Origin: Paraspadella gotoi
Lineage: Eukaryota; Animalia; Chaetognatha
Reading direction: 5' to 3'
Assembly (NCBI GenBank): GCA_051294375.1
Contig: CM119268.1
Location: 17,637,562-17,701,561 of the forward strand
Length of the DNA stretch: 64,000 nucleotides
This document shows, in pieces, positions 37,587 through 57,829 of the stretch. The notes beneath the pieces are model-generated. The model saw only the letters and a program-made list of their open reading frames with translations. It had not been told where the DNA came from and searched no databases. The translations under genes were made by a program, and so were the position numbers. The first letter of the stretch is position 1. The number at the start of each line of letters is the position of its first letter.

Positions 37587-37922
37587 GAGAGAGAGATGGA
37601 GAGAGAGAGCCCACAACCGCTTACTTGTTACTCAGAGAACAATCGGGTTCGGAAGTCATTTCAATTCCTTCCTCTTTCTCTCTCCTTTTTCCTTCCCTTC
37701 TTTCCCCCTGTCCTTCCTACCTCCATCTCTCTCTTGCGTTTGCCCCACCTCCACACTCACACAGCCACACACAAAAAAGCTGTGAGCCAAATCAGAATCA
37801 GTCCCTTCCACTTTTGGGCCGCGGCGAGATCGAGAAAGAGAGAGAGAGAGAAAGAGAGAGAGAGAATGAGAGAGAGAGAAAGAGAGAGAGGGGGCTCGAA
37901 CTCCCCAATCTCTCTCTTTTTT

Positions 37923-46346
<8,424 letters not shown>

Positions 46347-46468
46347 CCTCCTTCGTGCTTTAAAAATTCTCTCGGATGTGATTTTTGGCGGGCAAGGGGC
46401 TGTAGGGGGAAGTATTGAGAGAGAGAAGAGTGAGAGTGAGAGAGAGAGAGAGAGGGAGAGAGGCGAAG

Positions 46469-46513
<45 letters not shown>

Positions 46514-48761
46514 AATGAATTGGAGGGGGAGAACCAAACAAGGGAAAGATATTAAGGACATAAAAAGGGAATGAGATGAATTAAAAAATTGTCGAGAGAA
46601 GAGGAAAGAGAGAGAAAGAGAAAACGAATGCATTGAAGAAAGAATGGAATAAAAAAAAGATTGAAAAGAAGAAAGAATAAAAGAGAGAAAGATTTTTGGA
46701 AAGAAAGAAAGAGACAGAAAGCGAAAGAGTCGCTAGAATGAGGCCTCGATTTTTTTCGTCCTTTTAAAAGGAAAGGGCGCCGCAGCCATCCTAGCTTTGG
46801 ATGGCGCCCCCAACCACCCTTCCGTCCCTACCCCTACCCTATCCCACGGCGCCACCTACCACCGTCGCTCCTCGCCGCCCCCCCATTTCTATTGTGTCCC
46901 GACTGTCGTCAACAATCGAACCGTTTTTCAGTCGAGAGAGAGTGAAGAATACATTATGCCGGGGATTCGATTCTTTTGTCGAGGATATAAATGANNNNNN
47001 NNNNNNNNNNNNNNNNNNNNNNNNNNNNNNNNNNNNNNNNNNNNNNNNNNNNNNNNNNNNNNNNNNNNNNNNNNNNNNNNNNNNNNNNNNNNNNNNNNNN
47101 NNNNNNNNNNNNNNNNNNNNNNNNNNNNNNNNNNNNNNNNNNNNNNNNNNNNNNNNNNNNNNNNNNNNNNNNNNNNNNNNNNNNNNNNNNNNNNNNNNNN
47201 NNNNNNNNNNNNNNNNNNNNNNNNNNNNNNNNNNNNNNNNNNNNNNNNNNNNNNNNNNNNNNNNNNNNNNNNNNNNNNNNNNNNNNNNNNNNNNNNNNNN
47301 NNNNNNNNNNNAAAGGTAAGGGAAAGTAGAATGGGTAAAGAGAGGGTGGCAGTAGATTAAGAAAGTGGGATGCTAAAATTTAAGGCGGGGAAGTAGTGGG
47401 AGAGTAGTAGAAAGGCAAAAAATAGGATGGGACGAGATTTGGAAAGTGGAGAAAGAGAGAGAGTGTAGGAATTGAAACAGAGAGAGAGGAAAAGGGAGGG
47501 AGGGAAAAAATAGGGAAAGATAAAAAGGAAAAAAAAACCGAATGGTAGAGAATCGTTTAAAGCGAATTACATGGAACGCCAATTAATTATGAAGAAGTAG
47601 ATGGAAGAAGAAATTATCCAGAGTGCAGAAAAGTGTTGCGTTATGTTATTCTTGAACGTTTCGTCTGACTTTTAAAAAGCTTTCGAAGATAAACTATGGA
47701 CAATTCGCGTTAAAAAGCGTAAAAGTATTGAATTAACTTAAGGCAGAATTAACTTAAAATCAAAAGCTGAGTATTAATTTGAAGTTTTTAATTAAACCTC
47801 TACAGTTAAAACCAGAAAAGGAAGAAGAGAAAAAGGAATGGTCCGATATCGGGGACAGAGACGATTTTCCTTCTCTCGCGACTCAAACCGGCCGATTTCC
47901 TCTGTAGCTCCAGTTGCGCCGGTTTTCATCGCTACTCTTGCTCGTCACTGGAGCGGGAAAATGGAGATAATTAACTTTACCGTCGCGACGTTTCTCTCCG
48001 GAGCAACGACCGGGTTCTTCTCTCTGTGTCGCTATCGGCATCGGATTCGCTATCACTGATACTATCACTGATACTATCACTTCAACCATCTGCGATTACA
48101 AACAATTTTCAGTTTTGTATTAAGACAAGAAATGTTAAGTCATTATATCCTTAACTCTTTCTTGGTCAGTTTCTTCAAGCAAGCAGCTTATTGCTTATTC
48201 TGCGAAAGAAAACAGTTTGGGAAAAAAAAAAATAATCGAAACATAGTTTGACTTTGACGAATTCGACTTTGACGCGTTTTGCTTTAATCCGTCCACTTTT
48301 TTCGATCTCGTGTCACAACTCACATTTCTCATCGTTTCACGTTTTTGACAGACATGTTGTTTTAACCATTTCTCGGCCAAATTTATTCTTTAATAAAACC
48401 GTTTTAACCGTTTTAACTATTAAATACATCATCAAATCGACATTATGATAAATAAACTTAGTCAAAAACATATAAGATTACCGTTAAATGTTATATAAAC
48501 ATTTCTTTTTCAAAAAAAAAATCTATCCTTGCATTTTTTTTTTCCTCCTCAGTCTGCCGCGATTTATATTTGCCGAAGCTGAAGCGACCAGCGACGACGG
48601 AATATAACTCATAAATCATTTACTCGATAAGAAGTTAAAAAAGAAGGAAGAGAAAAAATAAATGTTTATAAATAGATGGAGAAATAAATAACTGAAGGAG
48701 GGAAGGCGCGACGGTTGTGTCGACTCCGAACCGATCTGCATATTTTTCATTTTCTCTTCAG

Positions 48762-49048
48762 ACGAATGTGACGATTCCAATGCCCCCTTGTGAACCCCCC
48801 CCCCTCTCATGCGACGGCCTAGTTCTCGTCACCGTGACACGACGTAGCCGTTTCACTTTTACCAACGTGACAGGTTAATTTATGTGTAGAGATTTTCACG
48901 GCGGACGAGACGTTATTCTCAAGGGTTACAATGTGAAGACGGATACGTTTTTCGATGCCACTGTGAAATATTGTTATGAAAAGAGGCTGTGTATCGCGCC
49001 CTTGTGAAATTGTGGAATGTGGATCGCGTTTTCGAATGCCGTGAACAT
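48762..49048 (+). CDS. Candidate Cys-rich exon(s), unassigned (weak Sushi/CCP-like spacing)
   Basis: Strong acceptor ttttctcttcag (48761) and donors gttaat (48874) or gtaaga (49049). With frame corrections the pieces read DECDDSNAPCEPPPLSCDGLVLVTV, TFFDATVKYCYE and PCEIVECG. Stops are present as written. Confidence 0.25.
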
Positions 49049-49528
49049 GTAAGATTAAAGCTTAACGTAAACCATATAAAAATCTTATTCGATGAGTGAT
49101 TTTTTTAATCTGTCCCCAAAAAGTCTCGGTGTAAACTCAAACGGTATAAATGGTCGAGAAACCTATTATTTTTCTTACAATATTTAAGGGATTAAAGGAT
49201 AAGTTAAAAATTAAAAATCAATCGTTACAAAGAAGCGTCATTTAAAATCCACGACGCGTCGAGAGTAGACATGAGACGGAGCGCGACATCCAGCGGCGTC
49301 TGTCGAGAAAAGGCGAGAAATTTACGTCCGCGCCATCTCCTCGCTTCCGTGTCGGTCTGTCTGTCGATTTGTCGGTCGGGTTTCTCTGTCGCTCAGTCGG
49401 ACGGTGACTTTTTTCTTCTCGTTTGTTTGTTCAAGTTGAGCGTCTGGTCGCTTGGCAACGCGCAGGATTGGCCGCTGTCCCGGATTGCGGTGACACGAAC
49501 GAGCGAAGAAAATCGCTTTGTGTGTTAG

Positions 49529-49690
49529 AATCCAAATCTAAATCTTAATCTTGATCAAAATTTTAATCTAAATCTTGATTTTAAAAGAGTAATTGGTAAT
49601 CCTTATCTAAATTTTAATCTTGATCAAAATTTTAATCTAAATCTTGATTTTTAAAAGGGCAATTGGAAATCTTTATCTTAACCCTGATTT
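49529..49690 (+). repeat. ~70-bp tandem duplication built from 6-bp AAATCT-like subunits
   Basis: TTAATCTTGATCAAAATTTTAATCTAAATCTTGATTTT occurs twice. Confidence 0.8.
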
Positions 49691-50582
49691 ATTTTTATAT
49701 TAATCTCTCTCTCTCTCGCCATCAATGGTGGCGCCACCGGTGTTGGCGTTGCCATTCTCGACATTGACGTAGATGACGACGACAACAATGACGACGTCAT
49801 TTACGCCATTTTATCGGATTTTGTTACACGGAAGAGCGGATAGGGCGGCAGTCAACGGCGGCGTCGGCGTCGTTGACGGCGGCGGCGTTGGCGGCTTCGG
49901 TTCCGGTCGACCAGTCGGGGAAACCTTACCTTTTCGCTTTTTCCCTTCGTATTCCCCGATTCTCATTTTTCGTCTGGAGAAATAATTCTTTTTCTCTTTT
50001 TTTTCTCTTTCATTTCCTTTTTTCTCTTTTCTTTCTTTTCATACTTTCCTTTTCGCGGTCGTTGCACTCTTTCCTCTTCCTTCCTTTTCCTCTTCCGCCT
50101 TCTTGGCTTCCTCCCCATTTCCTTTCGGTTTTTTATCTTTTTTCCCTCCTTTTTTCCTCCTTTTTTCTTCCTTTTTTTTTCTTTTTTCCCCATTTTTTCC
50201 TCCTCTTTTTCCCCTTTTTTCCTCCTTTAACCTCACACCCATAACCATCTCCGTTTTTTTTTCTTTCTCGCTTTTCACTTTCCTTTTTGCGAGTCGGGCC
50301 AGACTCCCGTTTATCTTCCTTCATTTTCCCGGCCCGCTTCTATTTTCTTCTTTCCATCTTCCGCCCTTCCCTCTCCTCTTTTTCCTATTTTTTCTAAACG
50401 TCACAATTTCACCTTTCTTTAACTCCTTTCTTTTTTTTCACTCTTTTCTCTTTTACTTCTTTTCTTTCCTCCCTTTCCTCTCTCCCTCCTCCCCCTTTTT
50501 CCCTCTCGCCCCTCGATCCGAAAGAGCAATTTCGCGCCTTCGCCTTCCAAAAAAGAAATTTCGGTTCCGGGTGCGAATTTCT

Positions 50583-50623
<41 letters not shown>

Positions 50624-50649
50624 TCGTGTCTCGTCCTCTTCTCTCTCTG

Positions 50650-50680
<31 letters not shown>

Positions 50681-50804
50681 ACTCTCTATCTCTCTCATCT
50701 CTCCTCTCGCACACCGCGTGCCCGATCGAGTGCAGGACGCGTCTCGTCCCGCCATCTTTTCCCATTTCCTTCCGCGCGAATCTCGTGGAGTCGTGGAGTC
50801 GCGA

Positions 50805-51033
50805 GAGGCGGGACGGCATAGGCGCTGGAGCTGGGACGGCAGAGGCGTTGGGGCTCTGGACGTCGAGAGGCGCTGGAGCTGGACGGCATTTGCACTGGGG
50901 CTGTGACGGCAGAAACGATTGAGCTGGGAGTATAGGCGCTTGGCTAAAACAGTGCTGGAGCTGGGACGCCAAAATTCACTGGAATCGGGCCAGCGGAGGC
51001 GCCATATACGGGACAGCAAAGGCGCTGGAGATG
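50805..51033 (+). repeat. Degenerate ~23-bp GC-rich minisatellite (~10 units)
   Basis: The consensus GGCGCTGGAGCTGGGACGGCAGA recurs with increasing divergence. Confidence 0.7.
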
Positions 51034-51459
51034 TTAACGTAGCCTTAAACCGGATGGCAAGATTGATTGACAGAAGAAAAAAAAAACGTTTCGGAACGAA
51101 CGACTTCTGGTACGAAAACGTCAATGACCTGTGAAGCCGTGAGGACAACGACGATGATGTAAATAGCGACGACGACGACGACGACGACGATGATAACTAA
51201 TATATGACGTCATTCGGCCGCAATGAAGGCGTTGGCGGTTATGGGCTATGGGTCCGTCGCTTCCCTCGCGCTCTCTCTTCTGCTCGATGAAAAATAAAAG
51301 TAAGAAGCTTTTGTGAATCGTTGTGAACATAAGAGAAGAAAAGAGTGAGGGAAAGCGCTCCGTCCCAAGAACGAGAACGATGTGAAAAGTAGAAATCGCG
51401 TTTGTTCTTTGTTCACGGGACTGCTAGAAAGTCAACTGACGATCACAACATGGACTTAC

Positions 51460-51637
51460 AATGTTGTGCGTCCAGTGCGTTTCTCCTCCCGATGAAATAA
51501 AATGACGCATCTTCTTCCTCGAACCGGAATCGTTTGAGCCTTTGAGCGACGACGAGGCCCTCGACCCTCGAGGTCTCGCCGCGGGAGACTTGGCTCCGTA
51601 ATTGTGACGAATCGGGGTCGGACGCCACAGACGCCCC
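51460..51637 (-). CDS. Candidate internal exon, product unassigned
   Basis: Acceptor ccccttttttctccgtcag and donor GTAAGT bracket a 178-bp GC-rich island with no stop in any of the three minus-strand frames. Confidence 0.45.
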
Positions 51638-51782
51638 CTGACGGAGAAAAAAAGGGGGAGAATGAGACATTTGGGTAGCGTTGCCAGTTTCGGTCAAAAG
51701 GAATGAGTGAATGTGAAATTGAAAAGAGTGGTGAACTTAAGGTAGAGGCGGGAAATTTTAGTTAATTAAATGTTTTGTAATG

Positions 51783-51890
51783 TTTTTAGTTGCGCCGCGG
51801 AGCAACTCTATAAGTCACTTTTCGGTCGGTCGGTCGGTCCGTCGGTATGTCTGTCCGTCGGTCTGTCCCACTAATGTTAAAAACGCTTAT
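51783..51890 (+). mobile_element. Helentron/HINE (DINE-1-like) element end
   Basis: A T-run, then the hairpin AGTTGC-GCCGCGGA-GCAACT, then CTATAAGTCAC and a GTCG/GTCY tetranucleotide tract. This is the architecture of non-autonomous Helentron elements. The other end was not located. Confidence 0.55.
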
Positions 51891-52611
51891 AAGTTGCCTA
51901 TAGTTTGTTGCTCATTTGTTAAAAATCAAATCAAATCTCTACTGGCGTCACATTTTGTTTATAAATAAATCTTATAAACTATAAGGAATAAATAACATGA
52001 TAAGTAGAAAGAAAAGTAATGCGGCGCAACACCTTGGAAAAATCGTCCTTTGTTTTAGAGTAGAAAAGCAAATACTGCGTTCGGATTGGCGGATAATTAT
52101 TGACCTTTGAAAGCCAGAAGATTTTGAACTCTGTGTGAGAAATGATTCGATCATACCTGGCAAGGTGATATCATGGGACACCCCAACCAGCATATATTTT
52201 TGAATTATTATTTTAAGTTTTATTATCATTAGTTTTAGTCGTCATAGTCGTCGTGATCGTCGTCATCGTCTGCGTCGTCTTCATCTTCTTCTTCACTTTC
52301 GTCTTCTTTTTGAAAAGTTCTCCGACGCAACAACCTGGCTTAAGGTTTTCGATAAAAGAGGCTCAGTTCAGACTCAAAGGCGTAAAAAACGCAAGGAGAC
52401 CTTTTTCCCTCCTACTTTCCTTTCCTTTCCTTTCTTTCGTGGCGCAAGAAAAGAGAGAAAATAAAAAAGTAAAGAAAAAAAAATGCTTTCTCCCTTTCTT
52501 CCACGCTTCTCTTCGTTTTTTCGGTTTCAAAAGGAAAATTTATCTGTTTCTAAGGATTTTGGTTTAAGTCGAGTTCAATCTTTCTTTCCCCCCACGTATC
52601 CATCTGTCTTC

Positions 52612-52728
<117 letters not shown>

Positions 52729-52961
52729 GCGCCGCGTGACGTCTCCAATCTCGGGACGTCTTCAATCTTTGGACGTAATTCGGTCACGTGATCTTCCCCA
52801 GTCCGACCTCCAATAAAACGACGCCTTCAGAGTCACGTGAGACGTTCGATCGCGTCACTCCCTCAACCTAACTCTTTCTTTAAATCTTCGGTACTTATTT
52901 TTGATTTCACATTTTCCGTTTCTTGAGTGACTTGATGTCATCTTACGCGACTACGTCAAAT

Positions 52962-53002
52962 CAATTGACATTTGGTCCAAGAACGAGCCCTCTTCAGTAT
53001 TG
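52962..53002 (-). ncRNA. Decayed hammerhead-like motif
   Basis: The minus strand reads CAATA-CTGAAGA-GGGCTCGTTCTTGGACC-AAA-TGTC-AATTG. The CUGANGA core, partial stems I and II and a GUC triplet are present, but the G of GAAA is missing. Confidence 0.3.
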
Positions 53003-56000
53003 TCCGAAACCCTTCTAGGGGTCTCTCTCTCTCTCTCTCTCTCTNNNNNNNNNNNNNNNNNNNNNNNNNNNNNNNNNNNNNNNNNNNNNNNNNNNNNNNN
53101 NNNNNNNNNNNNNNNNNNNNNNNNNNNNNNNNNNNNNNNNNNNNNNNNNNNNNNNNNNNNNNNNNNNNNNNNNNNNNNNNNNNNNNNNNNNNNNNNNNNN
53201 NNNNNNNNNNNNNNNNNNNNNNNNNNNNNNNNNNNNNNNNNNNNNNNNNNNNNNNNNNNNNNNNNNNNNNNNNNNNNNNNNNNNNNNNCTCTCTCTCTCT
53301 CTCTGCCACTCAATACGCTTCTTTTCTTCTTTTCTATATTTTTTTTCCCTCGCAATTATTAAAGAATAGACTGGCGGNNNNNNNNNNNNNNNNNNNNNNN
53401 NNNNNNNNNNNNNNNNNNNNNNNNNNNNNNNNNNNNNNNNNNNNNNNNNNNNNNNNNNNNNNNNNNNNNNNNNNNNNNNNNNNNNNNNNNNNNNNNNNNN
53501 NNNNNNNNNNNNNNNNNNNNNNNNNNNNNNNNNNNNNNNNNNNNNNNNNNNNNNNNNNNNNNNNNNNNNNNNNNNNNNNNNNNNNNNNNNNNNNNNNNNN
53601 NNNNNNNNTTTTTTTTTTACTTTTTACGACCGTAACGAGATCGAGCTTCCTTTCTCCTTCGCACCGCGACACCGTCACAGCGTGACATCGCGTCAACTTG
53701 TCTGTCTGACGAAGCCGCGTCGGTCTCCGCGTCTCGCCGTGAGAGGGCACTGTTAGTCTGTGAGTCGGTGACTGATTAAATTCACCGAATTTCTCTGGTC
53801 TTTTGCTTCCTGAATCTTTCGACGTTCTCCGGCTCAAGCGTGCTTCGCTCAGATTCTAAAAAAAAAAGGGAAACGAGGGAGAAATTCTTATTTATTGTTC
53901 CAAGAGTCATTTTTCATTCGTTGTTTACGAACCTTAATCACTCAAACTTGACAATTTTATGTACGTTGTGAGGCAAATTGATTAATTTCGCCGAGAGAAA
54001 TCTCGGTGCACCGTGTTTAAAAAAAAAAAAAAAAAAAAAAAAGAAAATATTAAAAAAAAAAAATATAAACAATTTTGTTTGCAAGATAGTTGCTTTATCA
54101 AAAATGTAACAATGGTACAACTATGTAGAAGACAAGTTTCGTTTTTTTTAAATTGAATTAGGTGTCACTCATTCTTGACGACCAACGTCAGTGATGGATT
54201 AATTAATCCGTCAAGCTTTTTTCCTCGTTCCTCAACCAATCAGTCGCTTTCTTTATTTCTTTCTCGGCGAACAATCCCGAGGTTCATGCTTTCTTCAAAT
54301 CCTGACGAATAAATTTTGAAAATTCCGAGTCGAAGTTCCTCTACCGAGGGATTTCGACGGAGCAGCCGAGAAAACAGCTGCGTCGAATCGCTAGGAAAAA
54401 AAATAAACAAAAAACAAACTGAAAAAAAAAGAGAAGGAGAGAAAAAAAAATTACTTTTATGCAGCTCGCGGAAATATTTCGGAGAATTCTTTTCTTTGCC
54501 TTCTTTTAATTTTTAGAGCCAAAGTTAAACATTTTCTTTTTAAAAATTTTTAAAAGGATTTTTTTTTTTCGGCGCCAAAAGCGATAGAAAGTGAAATTAG
54601 CAAAAACACTTTGCAAAAACTTCTCGGTGATACCAAAAGCATTTTAATCGCCTTTTTTCAGTGTTTGCACGCGTAATCAAGCAACATGNNNNNNNNNNNN
54701 NNNNNNNNNNNNNNNNNNNNNNNNNNNNNNNNNNNNNNNNNNNNNNNNNNNNNNNNNNNNNNNNNNNNNNNNNNNNNNNNNNNNNNNNNNNNNNNNNNNN
54801 NNNNNNNNNNNNNNNNNNNNNNNNNNNNNNNNNNNNNNNNNNNNNNNNNNNNNNNNNNNNNNNNNNNNNNNNNNNNNNNNNNNNNNTCAGCGCCCTTCCC
54901 TTGTTTCTGCTGAGTCTTGATTTTAGTTTGTTAAGTGATTTACATTTTGATGGTGCATAAAAGCGTCGGCCTATTCCGCCGTTTATGGGTTGTTTTCTCG
55001 CTCCTGCGAAAGGAACGCCGCCTTCCGGTCGGAGCACAAATCAACTCGCGCCTCTTTCTCCCGAACAAAAGACTCGCGGGCTTTGGAAACCCGCGCGCGC
55101 CGGGGAGGAAATTTCCCGATGGGGAAAACATTTCGGTGCTTGCGTGGATGCTTGCAAAGAGCGCGAAAACACCTTTGCAGCGAGAGGGTAGCACGGTAAT
55201 CAGTTTCCTGCTTGGTCTTACATGGATTTTTTTCTTTTTTCTACCCTTTAAAGAGTTCAGTTTTTAGATGTAAAGAAATGTTCTTTCCTGAGAATAAAAT
55301 TTGAGATTCAAAAAACTTTCCTTAAAAAATCATAATTTTTTCGTCGATTGCGTCATTTCGTTCTGAAGAATAATTTTCACGGCGCCCTCGTAAACTTCCG
55401 TGCCTCGCTGCTTCGTGGTTTAACCTTTTCCACTAGTTTCCTAAAAGAGTCATTAGATTAGGAAAAAAAGTTATTACAGTGCAATTCACCGATAAAGTTA
55501 GGGAGTAAAAAATACTCGTCCATATTTATTAAAGTTCATACTAGGGAAAGCCTTTCCATCCCATCAAACAAAGAATTTTTTTTCATTTTTGGAGTTAATT
55601 TTTGAATACGTCTTAAAGATTTCGCTATCTTTTTTTTTTCTTCTTTCAAATCGTTCGTCTTCTTACTATATAGATGTCGCTACGAAATAGATTCAAATCA
55701 GTCTCTCTCTCCCCTCTTTCTCCTCCTTAAAAACAGTTTCCATTGGGATGAATTTAATCCAACCGAATTTGATTTAATAAAACGGAATTGCAAAAAAGAA
55801 AAAAAAAGGGGAAAAAAAATCCGGCCGCACGCGGATAAAAAATGCGGGGTGAGAGAGAGAGAGAGAAAAAAAAAGCTGCTCTGGATTTGGACTCGGGAGT
55901 GCAGAATTGAACGGTGTTGAGTGGGACTCGGGAGGGTGACTCGGGAGTTCAGGATCGGGTGGCGTTGATTGTGATTATGGGCGGGTGAGAGTTGAGTGAG

Positions 56001-56648
56001 AGTAAAATATAATTGGTGATAGCGAGATTGTGACAAGAGAGAGAAGGGAACGAGGCCGCAAATATATCTCCCATTTCCGTTTTTCAGTTTTCGTAGGAAA
56101 AAAAAAAGAACAAGGGTCGTCGTTGTGCNNNNNNNNNNNNNNNNNNNNNNNNNNNNNNNNNNNNNNNNNNNNNNNNNNNNNNNNNNNNNNNNNNNNNNNN
56201 NNNNNNNNNNNNNNNNNNNNNNNNNNNNNNNNNNNNNNNNNNNNNNNNNNNNNNNNNNNNNNNNNNNNNNNNNNNNNNNNNNNNNNNNNNNNNNNNNNNN
56301 NNNNNNNNNNNNNNNNNNNNNNNNNNNNNNNNNNNNNNNNNNNNNNNNNNNNNNNNNNNNNNNNNNNNNNNNNNNNNNNNNNNNNNNNNNNNNNNNNNNN
56401 NNACTGAATTTTCGGAAGATGAAAATCCATAAAATCTAATGTTTCTTTTTGTTTTTTTCCTCAGGACAACAAAGGACTTCTTATCGGGAAAGATCAAGAT
56501 TTTTCGCCGCAACTTCGTTGCAACTTTTCCGCAACTTCGGCTCCATCGTAGCAGCAACTTCTTCAAAACAAAATGAAAACTGCGCCAAAACAAAATAAAA
56601 ATAAAAAACATATCATCGCTAACAACCCAAGCGAAAATAAGGACGTTA

Positions 56649-56680
<32 letters not shown>

Positions 56681-57829
56681 TAAAACAAAAAATATAAAAG
56701 CGAACGAATCGATCGAGAACGACAACAACGAAAAATACAACAACAACAACAACAACAAATTTTCTCGCAATATTTTTCTGTCGCGTTTCTCTCCTTACAA
56801 TATGGTTACGAGGTGACCTTAAATCTCTACGAACTATTTTTTTTTCTTAGCTATTTATTAAAATACTATTTTTTAGAAATATTTTTTTTATATTCATAAA
56901 GTTCGTTTAAACTTCGTTGCCGCTTCCCTTTTATATTCTATACTTTTTCTTCTTTGTTTACGTTTCTCATCTAAATTTCTAGGGATTAAATAAACAAATT
57001 TAGACGCACCTTTTTTTCTTGAGCAAACTAATGCACCTCTTTACTTTAGTAACGAAATAGGAAATAAAGAAAAATCCAAACTTCCTTTTAACAAAAGTTT
57101 TTCCTTTCGTTTAAATTGCGCGATGACGAAGGTAAGTTTCAGGGAGGATTATCCAGAAAGTCTCCCTCCTCTTCCGGAAAAANNNNNNNNNNNNNNNNNN
57201 NNNNNNNNNNNNNNNNNNNNNNNNNNNNNNNNNNNNNNNNNNNNNNNNNNNNNNNNNNNNNNNNNNNNNNNNNNNNNNNNNNNNNNNNNNNNNNNNNNNN
57301 NNNNNGAGAGAGAGAGAGAGAGAGGGCGTCATTTCCAAAATGTTAAAATAAATATTTTTTCTCACCCTTTTTTTGCTGAATTCCCTTTCTCTCATCGCCG
57401 TCGACTCTTCGCTCGAGATTAGGCGTCAGTTTGTTCTTCTGTCCGAGAGAAAAAAATTTTTCTCCGCTATGTTGCTTTCGCTCTATTGCTTGTTCTGACT
57501 TTCTGCTGCCGCAGCGTCATTTAAACGCTAGATCCCAAGCTTTACTCAATCTTGCCTCTTTTTATCTCAGTTTTCCTATTTCACCGATCAATCACAAATC
57601 TTTCCATTCTTGATCATTTCCACTTTGTCTTTCACCTCTCTTCTCTCCCTCCTGAGTCTGCAACGCAATTGCGCTAAATCCAACACCGAACTTCCTCCTT
57701 TTTCTTCTTTTTCTTTTAATCCAAAAAGGAAAAATTGTTCTTTTGCTTCCAAAGGCAAAGAAGCGATGAAAGGAACGCGTTTAACGCTGCGTCGTAATTT
57801 CTTAAAAACGAGACAAAACAAAAACAAAC

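Noticed and set aside
50805-51134. Neuropeptide-precursor-like reading (RR-WSWD-GR repeats)
   Set aside because: The underlying unit is ~23 bp and does not preserve frame. The peptide recurs only about twice and there is no signal peptide.
53700-54330. Other CTGANGA hits (53706, 54302; also 24450 minus strand, 27134 and 61589) as hammerheads
   Set aside because: None has a properly placed GAAA together with pairing stems I and II.
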